Shown piece after piece: positions 43,041 through 52,572 of a DNA stretch of 64,000 bases; the first letter of the stretch is position 1; each line of letters begins with the position of its first letter. The DNA comes from Opitutales bacterium (GTDB lineage: Bacteria; Verrucomicrobiota; Verrucomicrobiia; Opitutales; PNEW01): the NCBI GenBank assembly GCA_965197745.1, contig CBDANS010000007.1, forward strand, positions 512,001 to 576,000. Direction: 5' to 3'. The translations under genes were made by a program, and so were the position numbers. The notes below the pieces were generated by a model. It did no database searches, was not told the origin of the DNA, and worked only from the letters and a program-made list of their open reading frames with translations.

Positions 43041-43649
43041 GTCCTTACGACGCATGATTCGTGCCTGCTCCCGGTTTTCACGCCCCGGATAGGCTTTCTG
43101 TGGCACCCATTTATCCAGAGTGTCGAAATAGGGGTGAAAAAGATGATCAATTTCCTCACTGGAGATCGGAAATGGAGGGCCTTCTGGATCTTCGATGTGA
43201 ATAAAAAAAATAACTGCCAAATGCCCGGTTGCTTTTAAGGTTTGATGAATGATGCGCACGTAATCACTGCGTAAGGATGGATTAATCGCGCAGAGAAATG
43301 TATGTTCAAAGACCCAATCAAATTTACCCTTTAATAAATCATTAAGTGAAAAAAAGTCACCTTCCTCATATTTTTCCTCATTTATCAGAGAAAAACTTTT
43401 TGCCTTCTGTATAGCATAAGGGGCGATATCCAATCCCGTGGGTTGCGCGCCGTGTTGCGCGAGCAAACGAACGTCATGTCCATAACCACAACCGGGAACT
43501 AATACATGCCCGCTCACCTTATGCCTGACCAGTAGCTCAATTAAGGGTGGCGCCGCGTAGCCTTTTTCCCAGGGTGTATCGCACGTCTGATAGCGTTCTT
43601 CCCATAGGGTGTCAGGCTCTTTTGAACTGCGATCTAAATAATCTGGCAT
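43020..43649 (-). CDS. Thiopurine S-methyltransferase-like (TPMT / thiol-halide) methyltransferase
   Basis: WEERY...TPWE, VLVPGCGYGHD, FEHTFLCAI, GPPF; start taken at MPDYLD. Confidence 0.85.
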   Translation of the reverse strand: MPDYLDRSSKEPDTLWEERYQTCDTPWEKGYAAPPLIELLVRHKVSGHVLVPGCGYGHDVRLLAQHGAQPTGLDIAPYAIQKAKSFSLINEEKYEEGDFFSLNDLLKGKFDWVFEHTFLCAINPSLRSDYVRIIHQTLKATGHLAVIFFIHIEDPEGPPFPISSEEIDHLFHPYFDTLDKWVPQKAYPGRENREQARIMRRKDHQIKKH

Positions 43650-43702
43650 GTGTCCAAAAAGATATGATACTTCCTCGAGAATAACAACGGATAATTCAAC
43701 CG

Positions 43703-45178
43703 ATGCCATCGCCGGTCCTTATAGATCTTAATAAAGTAGACGTTTCCTTAAATAATAAAAGAGTCCTGCATTCAATTTCCTGGAAATTGCGCAAAGGTGA
43801 ACAGTGGCTTTTTTTGGGGCCTAATGGCTCGGGAAAGACAACACTTCTGAAATTGATTCGTGGTTATCTTTGGCCCACTCCTGGAAGTAGGGGAAAAAGA
43901 TTATATTATTTCTCTGGTGAGACGTCGGAGAGTCCAATAGGTCTGGAAAATAAAATTGCCTGGGTTTCATCTGAACAACAGCAGCGCTATCAGCGATATG
44001 AATGGAATCTTTCGGGTGAGGATATAATACTCACCGGATTTTGGGACACTGATTTTTTATATGAAAAACCTGACGTAACACAGGTCAATCTAGCGCGCCA
44101 ACTGATCAGGAAACTAAAAGTCCAGCAATTAGCGAAAAAATACTATGATCAGATGTCCGAAGGGGAGCTTCGCATAATACTCATTGTTCGAGCCCTGATT
44201 AGTCACCCTGAGGTATTAATTGTCGAAGAGTTTTGCAATAACCTCGATTCCCACGCCCGGGGTGAGCTGTTAGCAATGATAGATCGAATGAAATTCACGG
44301 GCACTCAAATCATTATGTCAGCTCATCGAAGCGAAGACATATTGCCATCGATAACGCATATCGCGGTATTAGATATCGGGCGAATTATAAAAATGGAAAT
44401 GCTGCGGGAAATGTATAAAAGTGGATATTTTTCTGAAAGATGTCCGAGAGAGGAAAATAGAAAAAGAGTCCCTCTATCGAGGAATCGAGGCAAGCAACAA
44501 CCCCTTGTTTGCGTCCGAAATGCCGATGTCTATTATCATCACAGAAAAATTTTGAGTAAGATCGATTGGCGGGTAATGACGAATGAAAATTGGGCAATAA
44601 CCGGGCCCAACGGATCTGGAAAAAGTAGCTTGCTCAAACTTGTTTATGGGGATTTTTCTTGTGCTTTAGGAGGTGATATCAGCCATTTCGATGCTCATGG
44701 TCGGATTGTGGTGCTTGAAGCCCGGCGTATGATGGGGCTTGTTTCGTCATCATTACAGCATGCTTACAAAGAAGCTATTTCGGTTGAGCGTGCGGTTGCC
44801 AGCGGTTATTTTGCCAGTATCGGTATGAATGAACGGATTACTGCAGGTCAGGGAAAACGCGTGCTTCAAATATTAAACCAATTAAAAATTGAAAAACTGG
44901 CTAAGAAAAATGTTCAGCGTTTATCATTTGGTCAGATACGAAAAGTTCTTATTGCCCGCGCAATGGTATTTAAGCCCCGCTTATTGCTATTGGACGAACC
45001 GCTGGATGGGCTTGATGTCTCAACACGAGAAGAAATAAATATTATACTCGCGTCGTTGGCAGCGATGGGGACAAGCCTTGTTATGGTTTCTCACCACGAG
45101 GAGGATTTTCCTCAGAATATTACACACCGGATGCGTCTTGAAAATGGGCGAATAGTCGAACGGCGAAAGGTAAGGTAA
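43703..45178 (+). CDS. ModF-like tandem-domain ABC ATPase
   Basis: Two GPNGSGK Walker A motifs; LSFGQ, LLDEP. Confidence 0.85.
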   Translation: MPSPVLIDLNKVDVSLNNKRVLHSISWKLRKGEQWLFLGPNGSGKTTLLKLIRGYLWPTPGSRGKRLYYFSGETSESPIGLENKIAWVSSEQQQRYQRYEWNLSGEDIILTGFWDTDFLYEKPDVTQVNLARQLIRKLKVQQLAKKYYDQMSEGELRIILIVRALISHPEVLIVEEFCNNLDSHARGELLAMIDRMKFTGTQIIMSAHRSEDILPSITHIAVLDIGRIIKMEMLREMYKSGYFSERCPREENRKRVPLSRNRGKQQPLVCVRNADVYYHHRKILSKIDWRVMTNENWAITGPNGSGKSSLLKLVYGDFSCALGGDISHFDAHGRIVVLEARRMMGLVSSSLQHAYKEAISVERAVASGYFASIGMNERITAGQGKRVLQILNQLKIEKLAKKNVQRLSFGQIRKVLIARAMVFKPRLLLLDEPLDGLDVSTREEINIILASLAAMGTSLVMVSHHEEDFPQNITHRMRLENGRIVERRKVR

Positions 45179-45224
45179 TTTCAAATGCTTTGACATGAAT
45201 TAAGAACAGGCTTTACTGGGTGAT

Positions 45225-45710
45225 ATGGTATTAAGGAAGGTAGGATTCAGGATTTACGGGTGCATTCTCTGCTTGCAGTTTACCCTTTGTGAGGTATGCG
45301 CCCTTGAAATCGTAAATGCCTATCCTCAATTTATGGAGGAGCAGAGTTTTCAGCGTATTAGTGAATTTTTTTCCGGTGTGGAAAAAGCGGGACCTTACCT
45401 CATTGTGCGAACCCAACCCCAGGTCCGTGGAGGAGAGTATTTTGTGATTACTCTCGATCAGAGAGTTCGCTCGCTACCGGAGGGAACCCAAATAATACTC
45501 GAAGTGGTTCGACCCGATTCACATTCTCTCACTGCCTACACCCTGGAACTCCCCGAAAAGAGGCCGAACACAAGACAGATCTATGCCGGGATCACGGGTT
45601 CGGAATGGCCGGATTCTGCGATCCGCCCTTTAGCCTGGAAAATTTCATTCATTAATTCACAGGGAACAGTAATTGCAGAAAAACAGAGTTATTTGTGGAC
45701 ATATCCCTGA
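45225..45710 (+). CDS. Conserved hypothetical exported protein
   Basis: Signal-like N-terminus; 161-aa ORF in operon orientation ending in QSYLW. Confidence 0.6.
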   Translation: MVLRKVGFRIYGCILCLQFTLCEVCALEIVNAYPQFMEEQSFQRISEFFSGVEKAGPYLIVRTQPQVRGGEYFVITLDQRVRSLPEGTQIILEVVRPDSHSLTAYTLELPEKRPNTRQIYAGITGSEWPDSAIRPLAWKISFINSQGTVIAEKQSYLWTYP

Positions 45711-45790
45711 AGGTGACCGTTTCAAATACACGCACGGGCGAAATTATTAACGAACGCGTTACCCTTTAGGTTGCTTAGAGGTCTCTGCTC

Positions 45791-46654
45791 ATGCAATGGA
45801 TACCATGGCGTCCGCTTCACCTTAAGGTATCATTTACTGCGAAATCACTGGGGGAGACATTAGACGGGGGGCAATCCTTTAGATGGAATCAATCTCGCGA
45901 TGGTAATTGGATAGGCCAATGGTCTCAATGCCTGGCGCGCGTGCGTTTGGATTCAAAAAACAACTTGGAATGGTCATGTCCTTCTCAATTAAAAACGCTC
46001 GTTGAAATTGAGATAGCACGGTACTTCGCTACCGATAATAATTATTTATCGATCATTGATCAATTGCCGTGGCGCAGTGATAAAATATTGGCTGAAGCTA
46101 TAAAAAGCCTGGAGGGTTTACGAATCCTGGGCCAACCATTAAGCGAAACACTCCTGACTTTTCTCTGCAGTTCGACTAAGCGAATTTCCCAGATTAAAAT
46201 AATATGTGATACCCTCGCTGAAAATTATGGTGAGCTTATCGCAGGTCAGTATCGAGCGCTTCCTACATGGGAGACTTTAAACACCATTTCTGAAAAGGAA
46301 TTGCGCGCCTGTAAAATCGGCTACCGGGCCCGATTTATTAAAGATACTGCTCGTATTCTGGTTGAGCGACCTAATTTCCTCTCAGAAACAAAGCGGCGCC
46401 CCTATAACGAGGCCAGGAGTGCTTTTATGGAATTACCCGGGGTGGGAGAAAAGATCGCCGATTGTGTACTCTTATTTGGAGACGGTCGACTGGAAGCGTT
46501 TCCGGTTGATGTTTGGATGCTAAAAGCGATGGCCAGACACTATGGATTGGACGGATGGAAACCGGCGCAAGTGTCACAATTTGGGCGCGCTCATTTTGGC
46601 TCCTACGCCGGCTATGCTCAGCAGTTTTTATTTGCCGGTGAGCGGAGAAGGTAA
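45791..46654 (+). CDS. 8-oxoguanine DNA glycosylase (OGG1-like, HhH-GPD)
   Basis: TLDGGQSFRW, GYRA, LPGVGEKIADC, AFPVDVW, AGYAQQFLF. Confidence 0.9.
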   Translation: MQWIPWRPLHLKVSFTAKSLGETLDGGQSFRWNQSRDGNWIGQWSQCLARVRLDSKNNLEWSCPSQLKTLVEIEIARYFATDNNYLSIIDQLPWRSDKILAEAIKSLEGLRILGQPLSETLLTFLCSSTKRISQIKIICDTLAENYGELIAGQYRALPTWETLNTISEKELRACKIGYRARFIKDTARILVERPNFLSETKRRPYNEARSAFMELPGVGEKIADCVLLFGDGRLEAFPVDVWMLKAMARHYGLDGWKPAQVSQFGRAHFGSYAGYAQQFLFAGERRR

Positions 46655-46659
46655 GTGTA

Positions 46660-47697
46660 ATGAGTCGATGTGATAAAGCGAAAATGAGTGCATGCGGAAA
46701 ATGCATCGTGCATTCACTATACCCCATATTAATTGTGGCATTACTTTTGTTATTGGGACTGGTAATACTTTATCTCCCTCGGATTATTACGGAAAAAGGC
46801 AAAGAGATAACTGAAACCAAAAAGCCCGACACCTATGATAGAGGCTATCCCGTATCCATCGTCGATGCGCTGGGGCGTGAAATTTCAATGAGAGAAAGAC
46901 CGGAACGGATCATATCTCTCGCTCCAAGTTTGACTCAGACGGTATTTATTATCGGATCAGAAGACCGCCTGGTTGGTAGAACACGATTCTGCCGGTGGCC
47001 TCCGGAAGCAGAAAGGATACAAAGTGTGGGAGGCCCCGCCGCTCCCCACATCGAGTCGATGATGGCTTTACAACCGGATCTGGTCCTGGCAACGACTTTG
47101 ACCCCAATCGAGGTTGTGCGTCAGATCGAAGCCCTGAGCGTGACAATCGCCATCTTTAAACAAGAGGGAGTCGATGGGACTTTTAACGACATGGAAGTGA
47201 TCGGTCGTCTTATTGGCTCCTTGTCTGAAGCGAATATCGCTTTGAAGAAATTAAATACACGCAGGTTTGAATTAAGAGAAAAAGTCGAGATGGTTGTAAA
47301 ACGACCGAAAACCTTATTGCTCTACGGTGTAGACGGTTTATACAGCGCCAGAGTCGGCACATTTCCGAGTGACATGATCGTATTAGCGGGTGGTGATAAT
47401 GTGGTCAAGGCTACGGCATCCGAATGGCCACAACTATCTATGGAAAGCATTATAGAGTGGAATCCTGAAGTCATTATGGTAACACTTCGTCCCGGTGAAG
47501 AAGAAAAGAGACTTGTCACAATGGTTGTAGCAGGTTGGAAAGATGATGCTCGTTGGGCGACTATATCAGCGGTAAGGGAAAACAGAATATTATATTTAGA
47601 CGATACACTCATGTCTGTTCCCGGACCGCAGATGATTGAAACAGCAGTGACCATAGCAAAAGCTCTCCACCCCGAAATATTTTCTGAATCGCGTTAA
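46660..47697 (+). CDS. btuF: Cobalamin ABC transporter substrate-binding protein
   Basis: PERIISLAPSLT, WNPEVI, PGPQ; neighbours btuB and a B12 riboswitch. Confidence 0.8.
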   Translation: MSRCDKAKMSACGKCIVHSLYPILIVALLLLLGLVILYLPRIITEKGKEITETKKPDTYDRGYPVSIVDALGREISMRERPERIISLAPSLTQTVFIIGSEDRLVGRTRFCRWPPEAERIQSVGGPAAPHIESMMALQPDLVLATTLTPIEVVRQIEALSVTIAIFKQEGVDGTFNDMEVIGRLIGSLSEANIALKKLNTRRFELREKVEMVVKRPKTLLLYGVDGLYSARVGTFPSDMIVLAGGDNVVKATASEWPQLSMESIIEWNPEVIMVTLRPGEEEKRLVTMVVAGWKDDARWATISAVRENRILYLDDTLMSVPGPQMIETAVTIAKALHPEIFSESR

Positions 47698-48506
47698 TGA
47701 GTAATTCCATTTTATGTAAAGGAAACCGTCTGGTGGCCGGATACGGAAATGATCCTGTCCTCCATGATCTTAATATTCAACTTCATCAAGGTGAATTACT
47801 GGGTATCCTGGGACCCAATGGTTCGGGTAAAAGCACCCTTATCCGCACTTTGACGGGGGCCCTGCCCTTAAGGAGTGGAGAAATTATTTTAGATGATCGA
47901 ACGATCTCTGAATACAGCAGGGTAGAGCAGGCGCAGCGTGTTGCGGTTGTCCCTCAAGCCAGCCCTGTTCTTTTTTCATTTTCAGTTCGTGAAACCGTTG
48001 AGATGGGTCGTTATCCGCATTCCGGATCGTTAAGGGCAATGCGTGACGGGGACAATAAAGCGGTGGCGGCGGCTATGCATGAAGCAGACATTATTCATCT
48101 TCAAGACCGTGCTATAGATCAGCTTAGTGGCGGTGAATGGCAGCGGGTAATGTTAGCGCGCGCCCTCGCTCAACGTTCTAAAGTTCTTCTTTTGGATGAG
48201 CCCACCGCCCATCTCGATTTGTCTCACCAGTTGCAGGTATTTAAGATTGTGAAAAGATTGTGCCGCGATGAAGGAATGGGGGTTCTATGTGTCTTGCAGG
48301 ATTTGAACCTGGCCGCAGAATTTTGCGGGCGTCTTATTTTAATGATTGAAGGGCGCATTCTTTTTGAAGGTAAGCCTCGTGAGGTAATCACCATTGAAAA
48401 CTTACGCCAGGTATACGGTGTTACTGTTGAGATTGAACACAACCCTTACAGTGACCGGCCAATGGTGATTTTACGCAACGGTGATGAGAGAGGAGCAACG
48501 CCATGA
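47697..48506 (+). CDS. btuD: Cobalamin/Fe-siderophore ABC ATPase
   Basis: GPNGSGKST, LSGGEWQR, LLDEPTAHLD. Confidence 0.85.
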   Translation: MSNSILCKGNRLVAGYGNDPVLHDLNIQLHQGELLGILGPNGSGKSTLIRTLTGALPLRSGEIILDDRTISEYSRVEQAQRVAVVPQASPVLFSFSVRETVEMGRYPHSGSLRAMRDGDNKAVAAAMHEADIIHLQDRAIDQLSGGEWQRVMLARALAQRSKVLLLDEPTAHLDLSHQLQVFKIVKRLCRDEGMGVLCVLQDLNLAAEFCGRLILMIEGRILFEGKPREVITIENLRQVYGVTVEIEHNPYSDRPMVILRNGDERGATP

Positions 48507-49552
48507 AAGAGAGAGAAACTACTCTAGGTAACGGGATCGTTTTTTTTATCTCATTTGGCCTTTTGCTTCTATTTTCAATTTGGTTTTCTCTTAGTCTTGG
48601 GCAACTGGGATTTACAAAACCTTCGGATTTGATGCAAATTCTGCAGGTTCATTTCAGCCAGGGTAAACTGGAAGGGCCATTGAAAGATCTGTCGATAATT
48701 CTCTGGCAAATACGATTACCGCGCATTGCTCTTGCTCTTCTCGTTGGCGCGAATCTCGCTGTTGCCGGTGCGTTGATGCAGGCCTTATTTTATAATCCAC
48801 TGGCCGAACCCTATATCGTCGGTGTCTCTGCTGGAGCCGCCCTGGGGGCGGTTATCGCCATGATTCTCGGATTGGAAGCCGCTTTTTTCGGATTAAACGG
48901 AGTTGCCATTTTTGCCTTTGCCGGAGCCACAGGCACGACGCTTATCGTTTATCGTGTCGCGAAACGCGCGGGAAAGGTTTCCATCAGCACTCTTTTATTG
49001 ACGGGTATTGCCGTGGGAGGATTAATGCAGGCTCTTACCACCCTGTTGATTTTGCAGGCGGAGCCCTACCATATCAGAAATGTTCTTGCATGGCTCATGG
49101 GCAGCCTGGCTTACCGCGATTGGAATTACGCGATTGTCTTGTTGCCGTATACCTTAATAGGATTGACCGTTGCCTGCTATCACTACCGGACCTTAAACGC
49201 GCTGGCCACGGGTGAAGAGTCAGCCCACTACCTCGGAGTAAATGTAGAAAGAGCCAAACTCGTACTTCTCCTGATCGCATCTCTGCTTGCCGCTTCCGCG
49301 GTTGCGGTCAGCGGTATTATTGCTTTTGTGGGGTTAATTGTCCCTCATCTGGTGCGTATACTTCTTAGAGCTAATCATCGTGTTCTCTTGCCTGCTTCAA
49401 TTCTCGTAGGTTCGTTTTTGGTAATGTGGGCTGATATCCTTGCCCGCACGGTGGCTCCGGGACAGGAGATCCCTATTGGTGTGGTGACGAGCGTATTAGG
49501 ATGTCTTTTTTTCCTTTATCTTCTGCGACACTATAAAGGCAGAGCGATATAA
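48503..49552 (+). CDS. btuC: FecCD/BtuC family permease
   Basis: IRLPR, NPLAEP, GEESAHYLGV, FVGLIVPH. Confidence 0.88.
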   Translation: MKERETTLGNGIVFFISFGLLLLFSIWFSLSLGQLGFTKPSDLMQILQVHFSQGKLEGPLKDLSIILWQIRLPRIALALLVGANLAVAGALMQALFYNPLAEPYIVGVSAGAALGAVIAMILGLEAAFFGLNGVAIFAFAGATGTTLIVYRVAKRAGKVSISTLLLTGIAVGGLMQALTTLLILQAEPYHIRNVLAWLMGSLAYRDWNYAIVLLPYTLIGLTVACYHYRTLNALATGEESAHYLGVNVERAKLVLLLIASLLAASAVAVSGIIAFVGLIVPHLVRILLRANHRVLLPASILVGSFLVMWADILARTVAPGQEIPIGVVTSVLGCLFFLYLLRHYKGRAI

Positions 49553-49627
49553 AGATAAACGAATCCTGTCTTAACAGGATAGACATTGATATCACAATGG
49601 TAAAATGAATGTGAACCTGATCGTTAT

Positions 49628-51451
49628 TTAGAAATGATATTTTGCACCGGTAAAGAGACTTGCGTTCGTCGCCGGAAAACCGGCTATGGGTTCAAATTTA
49701 TCATTAAGTAAATTCTCACCTCTCACCCAGATTTCAAAATTATTCCAGTTAATAGTAGCCGACGCTCTAACGGCCAGATAGTCCTCATGAGCACCTTGGA
49801 TGAATGTGTTGGGATCGAGATCTTCCCTGTCAAGAACCCAGGTTACTCCCAGGTTCAAATGCAAATAATCCCTCGGTTGAGCAGTGACTAGGGCATCAAA
49901 TTGATGTCGGGGGCGGCGCAGTAATCGCTTATCGTTAGCTTCGTCTTTAGCTTCCGTGTAGGTGTAGTTAATTTGAGGCTGAATGTGATCGCCCTCATAA
50001 GCCGTGGTAAACTCTAACCCATAGGTTCTTGCGAGTGCTACATTTTCCACACGTCCTGTAAAGTCAATTTCCGGATCAGGAACATACTGAATCAGGTTAT
50101 CGATCTCATTCCAAAAAACTATGCCAGAGATCCCCCAGGGCCCTTTCTGGATTTTTATTCCCCCTTCCCAGGAGAGGCCTTTTTCAGGATTCACATCAGG
50201 ATTGGCAGAACCGGGAAAATATAGATCTTGAAAAGTCGGGATGGAGTAGGATTCCCCGACATTGGTATGCAGCACTACCCCATCTTTTGGTTGGAAGCTG
50301 GCACCTGTCCTCCATGACCAGGCATTCTTAAAATCGCTATAGGTGTCATAGCGAACAGCAGTCAGTAAATTCCATTTAGTATTTGGTTGATACTGACTAT
50401 GAAGGAAAAAACCTGCATTATCCTGACTCTCATCGATAGGAGCAAATCCTTCTCTCTGCACCTCTGTGGTATAAGCTTCAGTTCCAGCGAGTAAGGTAAA
50501 TGACTCGAAACCGGTGAAGGCTGCACTATAATCTAAACGCCAGGATTTCATTACCTGTTCATTACTGAAGAAGGAACTGAAAAAGTCTTGTTTTTGCCTG
50601 TCGTAGGACAGGTATAGTTTATGGTTCCAGTTTTCGGATGGCTGCCATTCTATTCCGGGTGAGAGAATTACACTCTGTGTATCGATTATGTCATCAGGGC
50701 TGGGGAAAGAACTGATTCCCGGAACTCCGGAATTTACTTCATACCAACCAAAAAGTAAATCGGTATGGATTTGATCACCATTATAATCAAGTTTGCCTCT
50801 CATCCCCGTCTGCTTATAGTTGCTGTTGGGACGTTGAAAATCGGATTCTTCATGAGTGAAAGAAGCGGAGTAGGAAAACCGGTCTATCTTCATGGCGCTT
50901 GATCCCGAGAAACGGTAGGCACCGTAGGAGCCGAACTCTCCTTCAAAGGCATGGGTTGGTTCTTTTGTCGGTTCTTTGCTGATTAGGTTAACAACACCAC
51001 CAATGGCATCGGCTCCGTGGGTTACGGATGCCGGGGTTTTGACAACCTCTATCCTTTTAACATTGTCAAGGTTCAGGTTGGTGTAATCATAGCCCCCCGC
51101 TAAGTTTGGGGATATTTTCCGTCCGTCAATTTGAAGCTGGGTGTGGTTCGACTCAGTGCCACGGATAAACAATGAGGTCGTTTGGCCTTTAGTCCCTGAT
51201 TGAGCAATATGCAGACCGGGGACTGACTGCAAAACATCAGCGAGAGTAATAATTTTCTTTTTTTCTATTTCCGTTGAAGTAATAACATCGACCGATGCGG
51301 CCACATCATCTATCGGCTGAAGGATTCGTGTAGCCGTTATTATCATCTCTTCCAATTCGATGGGTTTATCCAGCGCGGACAAATTAGTCCATAGCTTGAA
51401 GAGAACTGTGGTGAACAATCCTACGATGAGTATTATATTTTTATTCTTCAT
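49628..51451 (-). CDS. btuB: TonB-dependent receptor, vitamin B12 transporter
   Basis: TonB box EMIITATR, FIRGTESNHT, GADAIGGVVNLI, LLRRPRH, terminal Phe; riboswitch upstream. Confidence 0.88.
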   Translation of the reverse strand: MKNKNIILIVGLFTTVLFKLWTNLSALDKPIELEEMIITATRILQPIDDVAASVDVITSTEIEKKKIITLADVLQSVPGLHIAQSGTKGQTTSLFIRGTESNHTQLQIDGRKISPNLAGGYDYTNLNLDNVKRIEVVKTPASVTHGADAIGGVVNLISKEPTKEPTHAFEGEFGSYGAYRFSGSSAMKIDRFSYSASFTHEESDFQRPNSNYKQTGMRGKLDYNGDQIHTDLLFGWYEVNSGVPGISSFPSPDDIIDTQSVILSPGIEWQPSENWNHKLYLSYDRQKQDFFSSFFSNEQVMKSWRLDYSAAFTGFESFTLLAGTEAYTTEVQREGFAPIDESQDNAGFFLHSQYQPNTKWNLLTAVRYDTYSDFKNAWSWRTGASFQPKDGVVLHTNVGESYSIPTFQDLYFPGSANPDVNPEKGLSWEGGIKIQKGPWGISGIVFWNEIDNLIQYVPDPEIDFTGRVENVALARTYGLEFTTAYEGDHIQPQINYTYTEAKDEANDKRLLRRPRHQFDALVTAQPRDYLHLNLGVTWVLDREDLDPNTFIQGAHEDYLAVRASATINWNNFEIWVRGENLLNDKFEPIAGFPATNASLFTGAKYHF

Positions 51452-51498
51452 TTATTAATCATGTCTGTGACAATCATCGTCGTAGAAATAGAGCCAAT

Positions 51499-51533
51499 AA
51501 AAAGCCTCCATTTCTCGAGAGAGAATGAAGGCT
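51499..51533 (-). terminator. Riboswitch-controlled intrinsic terminator
   Basis: Minus strand AGCCTTCATTCTCTCTCGAGAAATGGAGGCTTTTT. Confidence 0.75.
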
Positions 51534-51585
51534 ACATAATCCATATCATAGCTCATTCTCCTTCTTCGCGAGAGAGATTAAGAGC

Positions 51586-51725
51586 GTGAAGAAACACGTC
51601 TTCTGACTCCTGGCATCAGTCCTACTACCCGTCCTTCCCTGATCAAGGTGAACAATTGGGTTTCGTATCCAGTTACAGCGGCGCGGCCGCGTCTGATTTT
51701 CACAGACTTCCGTTTGTTTCTTCAC
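51586..51725 (-). ncRNA. Cobalamin riboswitch
   Basis: Minus strand: AAACGGAAGTCTGTGAAAATCAGACGCGG...CCGCTGTAA, GGGAAGG, B12 box AGTCAGAAGAC; closed by an 11-bp stem GTGAAGAAACA/TGTTTCTTCAC; upstream of btuB. Confidence 0.9.
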
Positions 51726-51888
51726 AACAAGCGTCGTACAAAGTCAAAGAACTTCAGATAAAGCAGCAAAGGGGGGCGCGCTTGTCAAGGGAAGCTATAG
51801 GTAAGCACCGAATCGAGCTTGTGCGCGAAAGCGATAGACTGCGATTGAAGACTTAAAATTGGTAGAGGAAAGCGTATTTGATATCCGT

Positions 51889-52464
51889 TTAAAATACTTC
51901 CTTATACCTGGCCATGATGAAAAGCACATCACTCAAACGATTTAAATAATGGGTCAGGATATTTCTAATCTCATGCCCTTTACTTTTTAAATCAATTACC
52001 ATTAGTTCTGCTTCCCTGCATACCTTGCTCGCAAAATCCAATTGGGCGGATGCTGCGGTTGATGATCCATATAAAATCCATCCTTCGATCCGGTAATTTT
52101 CTTTTTCTAAGCCATTTGTAAATCGATCAGCTATTTTTTCAATAAAGTCTAAATCGTTTCTTATCAGATGATCGAATTCTTTACTGTACCGTTCCTTTTT
52201 ATTATCAGCGATTGCTATCTCACCCATAAGTTTAATTAAAGCCTTTTGGATTTTAAACAGAGATTCAGATAACTCCTGATCGACAGGTTCTTCTTTATTT
52301 AAGTGTTGATGAACAAGACCCAGGGAAGCGTGTAAAGTGTCGATTTTACCATTGGCTATAACGCGACAGTCACTTTTAGGAACGCGATCACCCATTAAAA
52401 GTGATGTTTCCCTTTCATCGCCTGTTTTCGTTATAATTTTAATGGTCATGATCTTTGATTGCAT
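51889..52464 (-). CDS. pduO: PduO-type ATP:cob(I)alamin adenosyltransferase
   Basis: TKTGD..TSL, RVPKSD.RV.A.G.ID, YLNRLSD.LF. Confidence 0.82.
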   Translation of the reverse strand: MQSKIMTIKIITKTGDERETSLLMGDRVPKSDCRVIANGKIDTLHASLGLVHQHLNKEEPVDQELSESLFKIQKALIKLMGEIAIADNKKERYSKEFDHLIRNDLDFIEKIADRFTNGLEKENYRIEGWILYGSSTAASAQLDFASKVCREAELMVIDLKSKGHEIRNILTHYLNRLSDVLFIMARYKEVF

Positions 52465-52474
52465 ATTCTAAACT

Positions 52475-52571
52475 GATGCAAGATACAAGATACATGATTC
52501 AGGTTATGAGTTATAGTCTAGAATAACCATCCAGTTAAATCGGCAATCGTAAATCGGCCATCGCAAATCGA
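52475..52571. repeat. Two heptamer tracts: GATACAA-like x4 and AAATCGG-like x5
   Basis: GATGCAA GATACAA GATACAT GATTCAG (52475-52502); AAATCGG CAATCGT AAATCGG CCATCGC AAATCGA (52537-52571). Confidence 0.75.
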
Positions 52572-52572
52572 T

